Source of the DNA: a virus
Virus record (IMG/VR): IMGVR_UViG_3300027706_000002
Span: 2,372-66,371 of that record
Strand: one strand, 5' to 3'
DNA: 64,000 bases
Shown: positions 52,488 through 62,004 of the stretch, one piece after another
How the letters are laid out: each line of letters starts with the position of its first letter
Numbering within the stretch: position 1 is the stretch's first letter
Position numbers and translations under genes: made by a program
Notes under the pieces: generated by a model
Told to the model about the DNA's origin: nothing
Databases searched by the model: none
The model's input: the letters and a program-made list of their open reading frames with translations, nothing else

Positions 52488-53191
52488 CGTTGTGCTCCTT
52501 TACAGAAAATCAGGCGATCGAAGTAAGTCTTAGCAGAGTTCCCTTCACGGAGAAGCCGATCATATTCTGGGGGATAACGGACTTCTCGAAAACGACGGTG
52601 GAGTTTCTCGAGTCGTCTACGCAGATTGTCTACGCTTGGATCTCGGCTGGTGTGATATTCAAGAACGAGCTTTTCGCACTTCGGCAGGAGATCTTCGTCG
52701 AGGATACCGAATTCACTTCCCTCGATATCCATCTTGATCCCTTGGACAAAATAGAACTGTTTCTTGAGTTCTCCAGCCCAGAGATTCTCTACCGTCCTAT
52801 GTTGTTTTGACCCTCGATACTCCAAAAGGCTTCCGCGAGCGTATTTACCTGACGCAGAGGACTGAAAGAAAGAGACTCGAGAGTCTTTCTTACAGCTTAC
52901 TGCTCGGTTAATACAGCGGAAGTCTACGGCGTTACGGCGTAGAATCGCAAAGCAATCCGGATCCGGTTCGTAGCAGATCGCCGTAGCTCCTACTGTTTTG
53001 CAGTAGACAGCGAAAGCTCCGATATTCGCCCCTAGGTCCAACCAAGTCTCCCCAGCTTCTACATCGAAACCGAACGAAGGCCGGCGGTAACACTTCCGCT
53101 CGAGGACCTCCTGGAGAATATTCTCGTCCGAGGTTCCCGGGCGGTAAACCAACGGTATCCCTTCGTATTCCTTGTATTTTAACGATTCCAT
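52484..53191 (-). CDS. FkbM-family methyltransferase
   Basis: R.GTSD, WLDLGANIGAF, YEP, IKMDIEGSE, LEYH motifs. Confidence 0.88.
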   Translation of the reverse strand: MESLKYKEYEGIPLVYRPGTSDENILQEVLERKCYRRPSFGFDVEAGETWLDLGANIGAFAVYCKTVGATAICYEPDPDCFAILRRNAVDFRCINRAVSCKKDSRVSFFQSSASGKYARGSLLEYRGSKQHRTVENLWAGELKKQFYFVQGIKMDIEGSEFGILDEDLLPKCEKLVLEYHTSRDPSVDNLRRRLEKLHRRFREVRYPPEYDRLLREGNSAKTYFDRLIFCKGAQR

Positions 53192-53634
53192 AACCTGCGG
53201 ATCTCCTGTTTGATGGCCCGTTCTAGCTCCGCCTCATCCCGGAACGGTCTGGGGTTTTGCCATAGTTTTAGAGCCAATCGCATACCGGCCCTCCTTTCGG
53301 GACTTCTGGTAAGCTCCAAAGGACTTCCTGGCCGATAAGCCTCTTTATGGGACTCCGTAGTACCAATCAGGTTCATCAGACCTTTGCGGTACTTCTCGGC
53401 GGAGACCCATTGCGGACGACATCTGTAGCAAACCTGACGGAGAAACGGTATGACTTTTTGTATAAACTCGAGGGCCTCTTTAATGGTGGACACGAGGTTG
53501 TGGGCGATAAGGGTCCTCCCCATGTTCTTGACCAGGGTGAGAGTAATTGATTTTATCTGTTGCGTTTCAGGCTGTACACGAGTCGGGTGTAGACCGTCGG
53601 TGCGGTAGTTCTTGTAAGGCTTTCTTGCGTTCAT
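53179..53634 (-). CDS. hypothetical protein
   Basis: Overlapping start/stop with both neighbours. Confidence 0.5.
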   Translation of the reverse strand: MNARKPYKNYRTDGLHPTRVQPETQQIKSITLTLVKNMGRTLIAHNLVSTIKEALEFIQKVIPFLRQVCYRCRPQWVSAEKYRKGLMNLIGTTESHKEAYRPGSPLELTRSPERRAGMRLALKLWQNPRPFRDEAELERAIKQEIRRLWNR

Positions 53635-54503
53635 GTTGGTAATCCTGAGTAAAGCTGTTTCGGTCGGCCCTGTCCCCAAAGGGCACGTTCGTACTTATCC
53701 CACTCACACAGACAATTCTGGAGGTCGATAGCCTCGAGCCGAGAGTAGATTTTGTTCGGTAGTTCGTTCGAACAGAGGACGAGGAGCTTACCGAACTCCT
53801 GTTCGAACTGTTGACGGAGGAGAGAGGTCTTATAGGGTCGATCATACAATCGGTTCATTCCTCGGACCGATCCTGGACCTACAGGAGCCCAAGTCTTTCG
53901 ATCCCTCCAAGTACCCGCTACCGCCCAACGGAGATCCGCTACAACCTGTCCTGCCATAAAACTACTAAACCCCCAGTAGGGTAGTAAGGCTTCCACCGAT
54001 TTCCGCATAGAGTTCAGGTCTAGAATCGGTGGATGATTTACCAAGGGTTGACAGACCTTATCAATCACCATCTCCGTCTTATCCGTTGTTCCAATGCCGC
54101 GTACCATATAGGCCGCGTTGAAAATCCGCTCGCCCTGGCGCTTTAACTCCCGGAGGATGCCTTTAAACAGGAGTGGTTTCCAATCCTTCGGGAAACCGAT
54201 AGCCTCCAAGGCGAGCGGTTGGTTGAAATGCCGAGCTATCGTACAAGCTACAAGCATGTGGGGGTGATCGTAGTTGGGTAGATACCAATTTTGGAGTAAC
54301 CAGGTACTCACCTTATCGTCCATGCGCCGCACATTACAGAAACGGTACTTCTGAAGAATCTCATCATCCGTCCAGGGCCGCAATTGACCGGCGGTTTTGC
54401 GACAGCGAATCGCCTCCCGTTCCTCAATCCAATAGAGGAAACGCTCGGTATTCTTCAAACGTTTTACCTGTTCTATGCGCACGGATCGACTTTCCTTTTG
54501 CAA
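53631..54503 (-). CDS. 5-hmdU DNA kinase (aGPT-Pplase1 helical domain)
   Basis: ERE.IR..K..G...PWT.D.IL..YRFCNV.R.DD, FMAGQV.ADL, GPGS.RG, QNCLCEWDKY.R motifs. Confidence 0.88.
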   Translation of the reverse strand: MQKESRSVRIEQVKRLKNTERFLYWIEEREAIRCRKTAGQLRPWTDDEILQKYRFCNVRRMDDKVSTWLLQNWYLPNYDHPHMLVACTIARHFNQPLALEAIGFPKDWKPLLFKGILRELKRQGERIFNAAYMVRGIGTTDKTEMVIDKVCQPLVNHPPILDLNSMRKSVEALLPYWGFSSFMAGQVVADLRWAVAGTWRDRKTWAPVGPGSVRGMNRLYDRPYKTSLLRQQFEQEFGKLLVLCSNELPNKIYSRLEAIDLQNCLCEWDKYERALWGQGRPKQLYSGLPT

Positions 54504-54505
54504 AC

Positions 54506-56614
54506 TTACAGGGTAATTCCTTCGCTCCAGTTATCGGGATGGTACTCACAGCCTACGGGGGTCGGAATCCCAAAATCCAATTCCCCACCTTTCGCCATCA
54601 GCTGTTGAATAACACGTATCCTCCACAAATTGGAAATTGGGGATTTCTTACCGTTACGACCCGGAGAAGCCTGCGCTTCGGCTACGGGATCTCCTCCTTT
54701 CGGAAAATCAAGTACGAGTTCGTCGTGTACTTGCATTGTAATTCGACCGTCGAATCCTAGTTTTTTCCATTCGTTGAGTTTCTCCTGAACTCGTAGCATC
54801 GCTTTCATCGTCCACCACATCGCAGAGCCTTGGATATGATAGTTCAAGGGAACAGTTTCCAAGATCTTACCGAACTCCGTCCGTGTACACAGCAGCGGAT
54901 AGCCACGTTCTGGATCGACCGTCCGATCGGGAATCGTCTCCACATAACCGAAACGGTTCGCCAAGTCGATACACTTGCGGTTGAGAGCCTCGAGCTTACC
55001 GAATCGTTCTTTCAAGCGAGCGTGTGAACCGAGACGGTGGAAAGCTCGATCAGCGGTTCCCCACTGTCGAGGATCGTTTGGGAGAACTGCTCCGTATTGC
55101 ACTGCGAATCCGCCGTTCTTACACCACTGATACCAGGTGGCCGCGTACTTCTTTTTACAGTGCGGACCCACCTTCTCCCGTCCGACCTCCCGAAGCTCCT
55201 TTTCCCAGATATCAGGGTAGACGGTGTGGAAATTAAGCAGGTGTGTTGAACCATAATAGGGCGGATCGTCCGGATGCTCAAAGAGTTCGATCAACTCCTT
55301 CTCGCCCGACTCGTAAGCCGGCAGACGTAGCTCGATATTCTTGGCGTCTAGAGACCACCATTCCCTTCCCGGAGCCGGCCCGAAACAGTAGCGGAGGTTA
55401 AAACCTTCTTGCTTACTGATGTTTTGCTCGTTGGGGTTATTGCTACTCCAACGCAGGGTATCGGTTCCCGTCGGGTTAAGTTGCGGATGGAGAAGAAACC
55501 ACTCTTCGGTATCCTCTTTTCCAAGAGGAAGCCAAAATCTTCTGTAGGCTTCCATATAGGTAATCGCAGTGTCTCGCCGTCTCTTCTGTTCGAGAGCCTC
55601 GAAGTACCGTCGATACTTGCTACGTTCGGGTAGCTGCTCTTGAAGAAGACGTAAGGCCGCTTTATTGAGACTGAGGGAGCCTTTTTCCGTTCGAGGGATA
55701 GCGATACTCCCCGCGTTACTGCGACGAAAGCCTTCGTTAAGCACCGCTACCGAGCATTCTAGGAGGGACTTATTATTTCCAGATTTGGGAAGACGGAGTT
55801 CCTTACCGAGCGAACTGGCAATCGAAACCATTACCCGACCGAGTCGAGAAGACTCTTCACGGTATTCTTGTAAGAGCTTGATTTGTCGTTTTCGGCTAAT
55901 CGTAACTCCTTCTCGCTCCATCGTGTGGGCAATAGGTAAGACCTTACGACGTTCTTGATAGATGCGCAGGAGCTTTCGCTTTTCCAAGAGTCTCTCAAAA
56001 ACTTTCCAAAGCTCTAAGGTCACCGCCGAGTCGGTGTTGGCATAATCGGCGGTAATGGTTTTCCAAGATTCAGGGGTTGTTTCCGGCTCGAGATTGTATA
56101 ATTGCCGGGGAAGCCACAGATCGAATTTCCAGGTAGACTCCTTAGCGGAAGGCATATGCGGATCGCCTTGGGTAGCGATTCTCCAATCCATACCCTTGGC
56201 AATTCGGCGAGCCTGGAGGAGAGCCTCCTTGAGCCGAGCCTCGTAGGGCTGGATATCCTCGTTGAGGTAGAACAAAGCCATCGAGGTCAGGTCGTGCGGC
56301 CGATTAGAAGCAAGAAGATGACCGGCTAGCAGCGTATCGTCTACCTTTTCCCAAGGTACAACGATTCCCAAGGTTCTTAGTGCGGCTATGTCGAACTTGG
56401 TGTTTTGACCGACGATACGTTGTGCAGATAGAAGAAGAAAGCGAATCTCATCGAGATCGCTAGCAGGGACTTTCGGTTGTCGATTTTCGGGATCGACCTC
56501 CCACTCCCAGTAGAATACCTCTCCGTCATCTCGAGCAATCGTCACGAGGAAAGGTTTCGCTCCGTGGTAGAAATCAACTCCGGTGGTTTCTGTATCCAGT
56601 GCGATCATCCGCAT
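54506..56614 (-). CDS. polA: family A DNA polymerase with 3'-5' exonuclease
   Basis: LDTETTG, N.KFD, TLRWSS.NPN.QN, DAKNIELR (A), K...F...YG (B), QVHDEL (C). Confidence 0.93.
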   Translation of the reverse strand: MRMIALDTETTGVDFYHGAKPFLVTIARDDGEVFYWEWEVDPENRQPKVPASDLDEIRFLLLSAQRIVGQNTKFDIAALRTLGIVVPWEKVDDTLLAGHLLASNRPHDLTSMALFYLNEDIQPYEARLKEALLQARRIAKGMDWRIATQGDPHMPSAKESTWKFDLWLPRQLYNLEPETTPESWKTITADYANTDSAVTLELWKVFERLLEKRKLLRIYQERRKVLPIAHTMEREGVTISRKRQIKLLQEYREESSRLGRVMVSIASSLGKELRLPKSGNNKSLLECSVAVLNEGFRRSNAGSIAIPRTEKGSLSLNKAALRLLQEQLPERSKYRRYFEALEQKRRRDTAITYMEAYRRFWLPLGKEDTEEWFLLHPQLNPTGTDTLRWSSNNPNEQNISKQEGFNLRYCFGPAPGREWWSLDAKNIELRLPAYESGEKELIELFEHPDDPPYYGSTHLLNFHTVYPDIWEKELREVGREKVGPHCKKKYAATWYQWCKNGGFAVQYGAVLPNDPRQWGTADRAFHRLGSHARLKERFGKLEALNRKCIDLANRFGYVETIPDRTVDPERGYPLLCTRTEFGKILETVPLNYHIQGSAMWWTMKAMLRVQEKLNEWKKLGFDGRITMQVHDELVLDFPKGGDPVAEAQASPGRNGKKSPISNLWRIRVIQQLMAKGGELDFGIPTPVGCEYHPDNWSEGITL

Positions 56615-56646
56615 CGCAGCACCCAAGAAAAATATCTCAGAGGAAA

Positions 56647-56869
56647 ACCCGCTCTCGTCTGCTCGGTAGAAACGATCTACCTTGTTGCGGGAAAACCCAA
56701 GTCCCAGAGAATAACCCTGGTACTTCTAAAACACGCTGCAGACGAGAACGGGTAATTCAAAAGTCTCGGGCAGGAGTCTTTGCGGATCCGGAGAGAGGTT
56801 TAGACCAGGGAGGTTCTTCCGGATATCCCCTCCATCTCCCACCCGAGACCATCGCAAGGAGAGGGTCTC
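56647..56869 (-). ncRNA. two tandem structured RNA elements upstream of polA
   Basis: 16-bp closing stem (56647-62/56738-53) enclosing three hairpins; 14-bp stem (56763-76/56836-49). G-U pairs favour the minus strand; both elements are followed by U-runs. Confidence 0.5.
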
Positions 56870-57934
56870 CTACAAACTGATCAGATCGTCCCAAGAAATA
56901 TCTCGGTAGATCTTCTGATTGTCGAGATTCTTCAGGTTCACAGTACGTTTCTTGGAGTTGACTCCGGTCACTTCACACTCCACCGGCTTCTTGGCGGGTT
57001 TCTTGGTCTTCGGATCGAGGGGGCGGTATCCGTACACATCTTCCTTGACCGGCTGGAAATCCTTCTCTTCGTCTTCCTCCGTATCCCCCTCGTCCTCAGC
57101 CTCCGAATTCTCCTCGGTAGACTCTTCTTCCTCCTCAGACTCCTCAGACTCCTCTTCCCCCGAAGCTTCTCCCCCGGCTAACACAGCCACCGCTTGCCAA
57201 TCTTCAGCTTCGTTGACCTCCTGTTCTGAGACCCCTGCAGCATAGGCAAGCTCCCGTAATTTGTTTTGGGCCTCTTCTTCACCCGCGTCCGCCGCAGCGG
57301 CCAACTCACCCAGATCCGGACTTTCCTCAGACTTCCCGTTTTTGGAGGGCTTTGTGCGATCGACCACTGCTGGAGCTCCAGCTTCTTCGTCCCACTCCGC
57401 CGGACCCGCCCAAGTGTGTTGAGTACGCGGATCAGGGTAGGCTGCTGTCGGCTTGCTTTCCCAGGTGCGGAACTTGAAATAGTGGGGGCCTTCTTCCATC
57501 CAAGCCTCCAAGGCTGCTTCGAGATCCGCCGGCTCAACCTCTCGTTCGTTAAAGCCGATCGCGTCCAGGGTCTTCTGGACGAACTTGTAGTGCTCATCGA
57601 AGGTCTGGCGAGAACGATCCGGGGTTTCGAACATCGGTTCCGGAAAAACGCTCGTGGTACCGCCTGCCACGGGACGTCCGTTGTACTCTTCAGGGAAGAC
57701 GGCCACCCCCCGGGCATAGAAATACCACTTACCCTTCCAGGCCTTATTTTTGGCGTTGTCATCGTACTGGCGGAAGCCGATTTCGGTCAGCTTGGCGATT
57801 CCGTTGTCCACTCCAGCGGGAATCCTCACGAAACTGTCGATTTCGATTTCGTCCTCCTGGTGAGCTTTGTGGGAAGCTTCCAGGTACTTGCGGTTGCTCT
57901 CGTAGAAACTGCTTCGGGTTTTCTGTGCAGGCAT
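56870..57934 (-). CDS. SSB-like protein with acidic linker
   Basis: Between the AAA ATPase and polA; beta-rich N-domain, very acidic region, small C-domain. Confidence 0.55.
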   Translation of the reverse strand: MPAQKTRSSFYESNRKYLEASHKAHQEDEIEIDSFVRIPAGVDNGIAKLTEIGFRQYDDNAKNKAWKGKWYFYARGVAVFPEEYNGRPVAGGTTSVFPEPMFETPDRSRQTFDEHYKFVQKTLDAIGFNEREVEPADLEAALEAWMEEGPHYFKFRTWESKPTAAYPDPRTQHTWAGPAEWDEEAGAPAVVDRTKPSKNGKSEESPDLGELAAAADAGEEEAQNKLRELAYAAGVSEQEVNEAEDWQAVAVLAGGEASGEEESEESEEEEESTEENSEAEDEGDTEEDEEKDFQPVKEDVYGYRPLDPKTKKPAKKPVECEVTGVNSKKRTVNLKNLDNQKIYRDISWDDLISL

Positions 57935-57945
57935 CTTCCTTCTCC

Positions 57946-58833
57946 TTACTCGGGTTTAATCAGGGAACGAATCTTCTCGTAACTGGGATCCACGATACAA
58001 GCAGGAATTTCTCGGGCACTCCTTCGAGGAGTGCGGAACTTTGCGTAGTACACCGGATCGGGAGCCGTGCGTAGACAGAACTCGACCTTACCTCCTTTCC
58101 TCTGTATTGTTTTAAACTTATTGGGACCGATCTTGATCTTTTTCTCTACGGCTCCTTCACGGAGGAAAGTCTGGACGACGTAGTCTACCGCTGTGTTCAA
58201 CCATCTCGCGATGGAAGGTTGTAGACTAGCCCCCACATAGGGAGCGAGAAGCTCCTGATTATCTTCAGCAGAGAATTCTCGCTCTTGAGCGACCACGACC
58301 ACGTGTTGCTGTATTCGCAGAAGATCGTGCAGGTGTTTTCTGAAACGAACGGTCACTTGACCGTACTGTTCGCGACTAGCGAGACCCCAATTCTTTTGCA
58401 AAAGGGTCCCTTCCTCCAGTCCGAGAATCTCCTGCAGGAGAAGATCCTGGAAGCCGGAAGCGTGGTCGAGAACGAGGGTGCGATACTTACCCTCTTGTCC
58501 ACGTAACCAAGTGAGGATCTCCTCCAATTCCTCGCTCTCTTGGAGAGCAACCTGATGGATCGTCTTACGATACTCGGGAGTATCAATGCTTCGCAGTTCC
58601 CCGGATTGGTTTCCTCCGGAACTAATAATTGCCAGGATTGGCTTGGGGAAGGTCGCCCAGAAGGTGGTCTTCCCGGTTCCACTTCGGCCGTAGACCAACA
58701 TCTTCAAGCCTTCTTCTTCATCGAAACCGATCGGAGCGATACGATTAACGATTCCTGGAACAGCCTGTCCGTTGACCGTCCTAGGGTCAGACTTGGAGAT
58801 CGGGATCGGGCGTTGCGGGGTCACCTTCGGCAT
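57946..58833 (-). CDS. AAA_24 / Sak4-like ATPase
   Basis: LVYGRSGTGKTT, TLVLD, VVVAQE motifs. Confidence 0.82.
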   Translation of the reverse strand: MPKVTPQRPIPISKSDPRTVNGQAVPGIVNRIAPIGFDEEEGLKMLVYGRSGTGKTTFWATFPKPILAIISSGGNQSGELRSIDTPEYRKTIHQVALQESEELEEILTWLRGQEGKYRTLVLDHASGFQDLLLQEILGLEEGTLLQKNWGLASREQYGQVTVRFRKHLHDLLRIQQHVVVVAQEREFSAEDNQELLAPYVGASLQPSIARWLNTAVDYVVQTFLREGAVEKKIKIGPNKFKTIQRKGGKVEFCLRTAPDPVYYAKFRTPRRSAREIPACIVDPSYEKIRSLIKPE

Positions 58834-59008
58834 CTTGTTGCTCCTTGTTACGTTGTTTTTCCAGATACCGTTCTTCTCGTTCGACGGGAACGTCCGGAGG
58901 AGCCTGGATTCCTAGGCGAACCCGGCCTTCGCGTTGCGAGATCACGACGATACGAATATCGTCACCGATCACGATTCTTTCACCGATTTTTCGAGTGAGT
59001 ACCAGCAT
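58787..59008 (-). CDS. csrA: carbon storage regulator CsrA homolog
   Basis: MLVLTRKIGERIVIGDDI.I.V......VRLGI.AP.DV.V.REE. Confidence 0.93.
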   Translation of the reverse strand: MLVLTRKIGERIVIGDDIRIVVISQREGRVRLGIQAPPDVPVEREERYLEKQRNKEQQDAEGDPATPDPDLQV

Positions 59009-59069
59009 CCTACTCTACCTCCTTTAAGTGGGAAGATCGTTATACCCTAATGCTAGGTCGGACGCTAGG

Positions 59070-60173
59070 TCAGTCTTCCTCGAGTTCTCTGAATAATCGC
59101 TCAGTAGCTTCCAGGCCTACCCTCGAACCACTTTCCAGGTACTCGTCCAGATCGCTCGCTCCCCCTTCATTCAAGATATTCCACACTCCGTAAGGATGTT
59201 GCCAGTGTAAGGAACCCCAAGGTTCCCGACCTTCTTTCCAACAGAGAAGCGTCCACTCCCACCAGTCATATAGCTGCTCGAGAATAGGCTCCAAGCACCT
59301 TTTACGGAACCGTTTCAGATCACAGGGAGGAACTTCCACTCGCCAACGGTAAAAATATTCGTGCGGTTCGTTGCGAATACACTCGGCCAGCCGAGCGTAG
59401 TATTCTCCCCTCGATTCCGTCTTCTTCTGGACAATACTCCCCTTTCCTCCCGAAAGGGGCCGGCGAACGACGTTGTAGCGTACTCCGTTGATCCTCCAAG
59501 AATCGCTACCTAGAACCTGAGAAATTTCCGTTCGCTGTTGTTCGAGGGCGGTAAGATACAACATCGTTTGTAGGTCGAAGGTTAGCTGCTTCTGAATGAT
59601 CAGTGGATCGACCTGCCCCTTCGTCTTGTTTTCTTGGAGATACACGTGTTTATCAACGAAGTCTACGGAGTCCCAACGTCCCCGTAAACGAACCTTTCGC
59701 CCAGTAGGTAAGGTGTAAGGTACGTCGAAAACTTTTTCTTGGAAGATGGGTTGTCGTTGGACGACGTCGGGGTGCTTTTTCCAATAGTCCAGGTAGATCG
59801 GATATTGTATCTTTACCACTTGGTACCACTTTTCGACTTCTTCCTGGTGTAAGGGATAACGCGCAATAAGTTGCGTCGCGTATTGGAGAAGAGCCTCCTT
59901 TGTCTCGGGCCAATTCTTACCTGCCGCTGTCGCCTCTTCGCAGTGATGCCACAGATGGCCGAATTCTAGACGATGGTTAAAATCCTGTTTCGTTCGCAGT
60001 CCTTCGAAAGTCAGAATCCGAAAGCGTTCTCGGCAGACGAGCCATCGGGACAAAAGCGAATAGGTAATCCCGTCTTCCCTCGGTCCTTTCCAGAGAGGCT
60101 CCTGGGAAGAAGGAGAAGACGACGGGGAAACCCCTTTATACTTACGTTTCTGGACTTCTTTGGAAAAACTCAT
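59070..60173 (-). CDS. PD-(D/E)XK exonuclease
   Basis: TYS.L..W..C, FG...H, E, GRWD, ENKT, Q...Y motifs. Confidence 0.8.
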   Translation of the reverse strand: MSFSKEVQKRKYKGVSPSSSPSSQEPLWKGPREDGITYSLLSRWLVCRERFRILTFEGLRTKQDFNHRLEFGHLWHHCEEATAAGKNWPETKEALLQYATQLIARYPLHQEEVEKWYQVVKIQYPIYLDYWKKHPDVVQRQPIFQEKVFDVPYTLPTGRKVRLRGRWDSVDFVDKHVYLQENKTKGQVDPLIIQKQLTFDLQTMLYLTALEQQRTEISQVLGSDSWRINGVRYNVVRRPLSGGKGSIVQKKTESRGEYYARLAECIRNEPHEYFYRWRVEVPPCDLKRFRKRCLEPILEQLYDWWEWTLLCWKEGREPWGSLHWQHPYGVWNILNEGGASDLDEYLESGSRVGLEATERLFRELEED

Positions 60174-60181
60174 GGTAGACC

Positions 60182-61981
60182 TCAGCTAATAGCCCAATCT
60201 TCCTCGGAAACGGACCAAGGAGCACCCTCGCATCGCACGGTTGCCGAGAAAGGACGGTAAGCATTGTTTTGCCGGAAGCGAGCGTAGGAAGCCTTATAGT
60301 AGTTGGGAGATCCTGGAGGACTCCGCAAAAGAATCAATGGTTGTTTCGGAAGCGAGCGACCGAAATCACATTGGGAGACTCGTAACTGGGATCCTGGAGT
60401 AAACGATTGCGGTTCGATGTAGAAATAGCTCTGGGACGGAGCATAACCCTCATAGTCCAAACAAATTCCAGAAATATCCAAGCGTCCGCCGTTACTATTG
60501 TCTCGGCAGCGAAGCCAGTGCCGGGAGCGTCCACTTTCTCCCGAGAAGCAGTCCTGTAGAGTAAGGCTGCTCCCAGTGACCGCGATCGCGCAGTCTCCGA
60601 ACCCAAGAAAGTCACAGTCTTGGATGTGGCCAAGCCAATTGAACGCTTGGATCGCCGCGTAGTTGTGATAACGAAAGTTACAGCGGCGAACAGTCACCGG
60701 ATAGCTATTATCGAGAGGTAAGGCCCCCAAACCGAAAGCTCCTCCGTCGAGCGTACAATTTTCTACGTCGAGTTTCAGACACAGTCCCAATCCCAAGACT
60801 ATACCAAACCGATTACCGTAGGATTGGAGATAGAGGTCGCTAATCCGAGTCGTTTCTGTAGCGACAGCAGCGGGGATCCTACAAGCGTCCGTAAGGAAAA
60901 AACCCGTTCCGCTTCCCCAGGAAGACCAATAGGGTACTAGTTGTTGGGGATTCGGAAACTGATTAAGAGGTAGTTGGAAAATTGTATGGGGATCAGCCTG
61001 AAAGTACCGGGTGAGGTCCAGAACGGGCTGCCCGTCGAGACGAAGCGAAGGTAGATTGAGACCTTGGTTCTTATAGAGAAGACGGTCACTGAGTTTAAGT
61101 CCGAACCAGGAGAGATCAGGGACAGTACTGTAGTATTCATTACCTACGATGCGTCGGCCGCTCGCCCCTAATCGAAACGGAGCGAAATCACTGCTTTCTC
61201 CCAGAGAGCTTCCCGGGGGAAGAGTACGATCGACGGAAACCTGAAGACCGTTTTGGAACCCTTGGATGGAGCCGGAGGAGAAATTGATTTGGATAGCCCA
61301 ACGCTGTAACGAAACATCCGGAGGAACTCCCCAACCCGTATCGAAGACTGTTCCGTCGCTCAGTCGAAAGCGTAGGTGGACTCGGCTATCCTGATTGTTG
61401 AGATAGATATCCCAGGGCGTAGGGGCCCAACCTCGATCGAAGGTATTCTCCATACATCCCAGGAGGGGATAAGACTCACTCTGTTTCCACCCTCGGTTGT
61501 TGAAAACGCAGAACTCGATCGTAAGTTGTCCGAGCGGCGCAACGGTCTTAAATAAAGAACCCAGTAAGGCGGGACTCGCCGGAAAGGCTAAATGAGCGGT
61601 ATCTCGAGTACGCAGGCCACAACATCCCATTACCGAGTTGTCCAGGACCGCGTTACTGCTCGGAAAGCTCCCGTCGGGTAATTGTAGGGCACCGCCATAA
61701 CCGGGACGGAGGTTCCGACGAACCCCGGCGAGAAGAACTGGTTGTGCGTCTACACTCGCTAGCCGACTCGCCTCTCCGTCCCCTCGTAACCAAACATGAT
61801 CCCCATCGATCCATAGGGGTCGTTGCAGACGATAGAAGTTCGTCGTTCCCGGGACGTAGATCTGCGAGGGTTTACCGCTCTTCGAGGCGGTATCGAGAGC
61901 GAGTTGGATCGCCCCACTGTCGTCGTGTTGACCATCGCCGATCGCTCCAAAATTCTGGATATTGTAAAGGGAAGTTGTCAT
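60182..61981 (-). CDS. pectate-lyase-like beta-helix protein with LamG-like insert
   Basis: FGAIGDG.HDD..AIQ.ALD, IYVP, LRGDG; LTIEF insert; C-terminal beta-helix repeats. Confidence 0.7.
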   Translation of the reverse strand: MTTSLYNIQNFGAIGDGQHDDSGAIQLALDTASKSGKPSQIYVPGTTNFYRLQRPLWIDGDHVWLRGDGEASRLASVDAQPVLLAGVRRNLRPGYGGALQLPDGSFPSSNAVLDNSVMGCCGLRTRDTAHLAFPASPALLGSLFKTVAPLGQLTIEFCVFNNRGWKQSESYPLLGCMENTFDRGWAPTPWDIYLNNQDSRVHLRFRLSDGTVFDTGWGVPPDVSLQRWAIQINFSSGSIQGFQNGLQVSVDRTLPPGSSLGESSDFAPFRLGASGRRIVGNEYYSTVPDLSWFGLKLSDRLLYKNQGLNLPSLRLDGQPVLDLTRYFQADPHTIFQLPLNQFPNPQQLVPYWSSWGSGTGFFLTDACRIPAAVATETTRISDLYLQSYGNRFGIVLGLGLCLKLDVENCTLDGGAFGLGALPLDNSYPVTVRRCNFRYHNYAAIQAFNWLGHIQDCDFLGFGDCAIAVTGSSLTLQDCFSGESGRSRHWLRCRDNSNGGRLDISGICLDYEGYAPSQSYFYIEPQSFTPGSQLRVSQCDFGRSLPKQPLILLRSPPGSPNYYKASYARFRQNNAYRPFSATVRCEGAPWSVSEEDWAIS

Positions 61982-62004
61982 AGAGTCTTTTCCTTCTGTC
62001 TAAA

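Noticed and set aside
56763-56849. Second HDV-like ribozyme (ACC-UCCCU-GGU resembles P3/L3)
   Set aside because: No matching P1, P1.1 or J4/2 in the required order.
59070-60173. Cas4 / CRISPR system
   Set aside because: No four-Cys Fe-S pattern, no other cas genes and no repeat-spacer array seen; it fits a phage exonuclease beside a Sak4-like ATPase.
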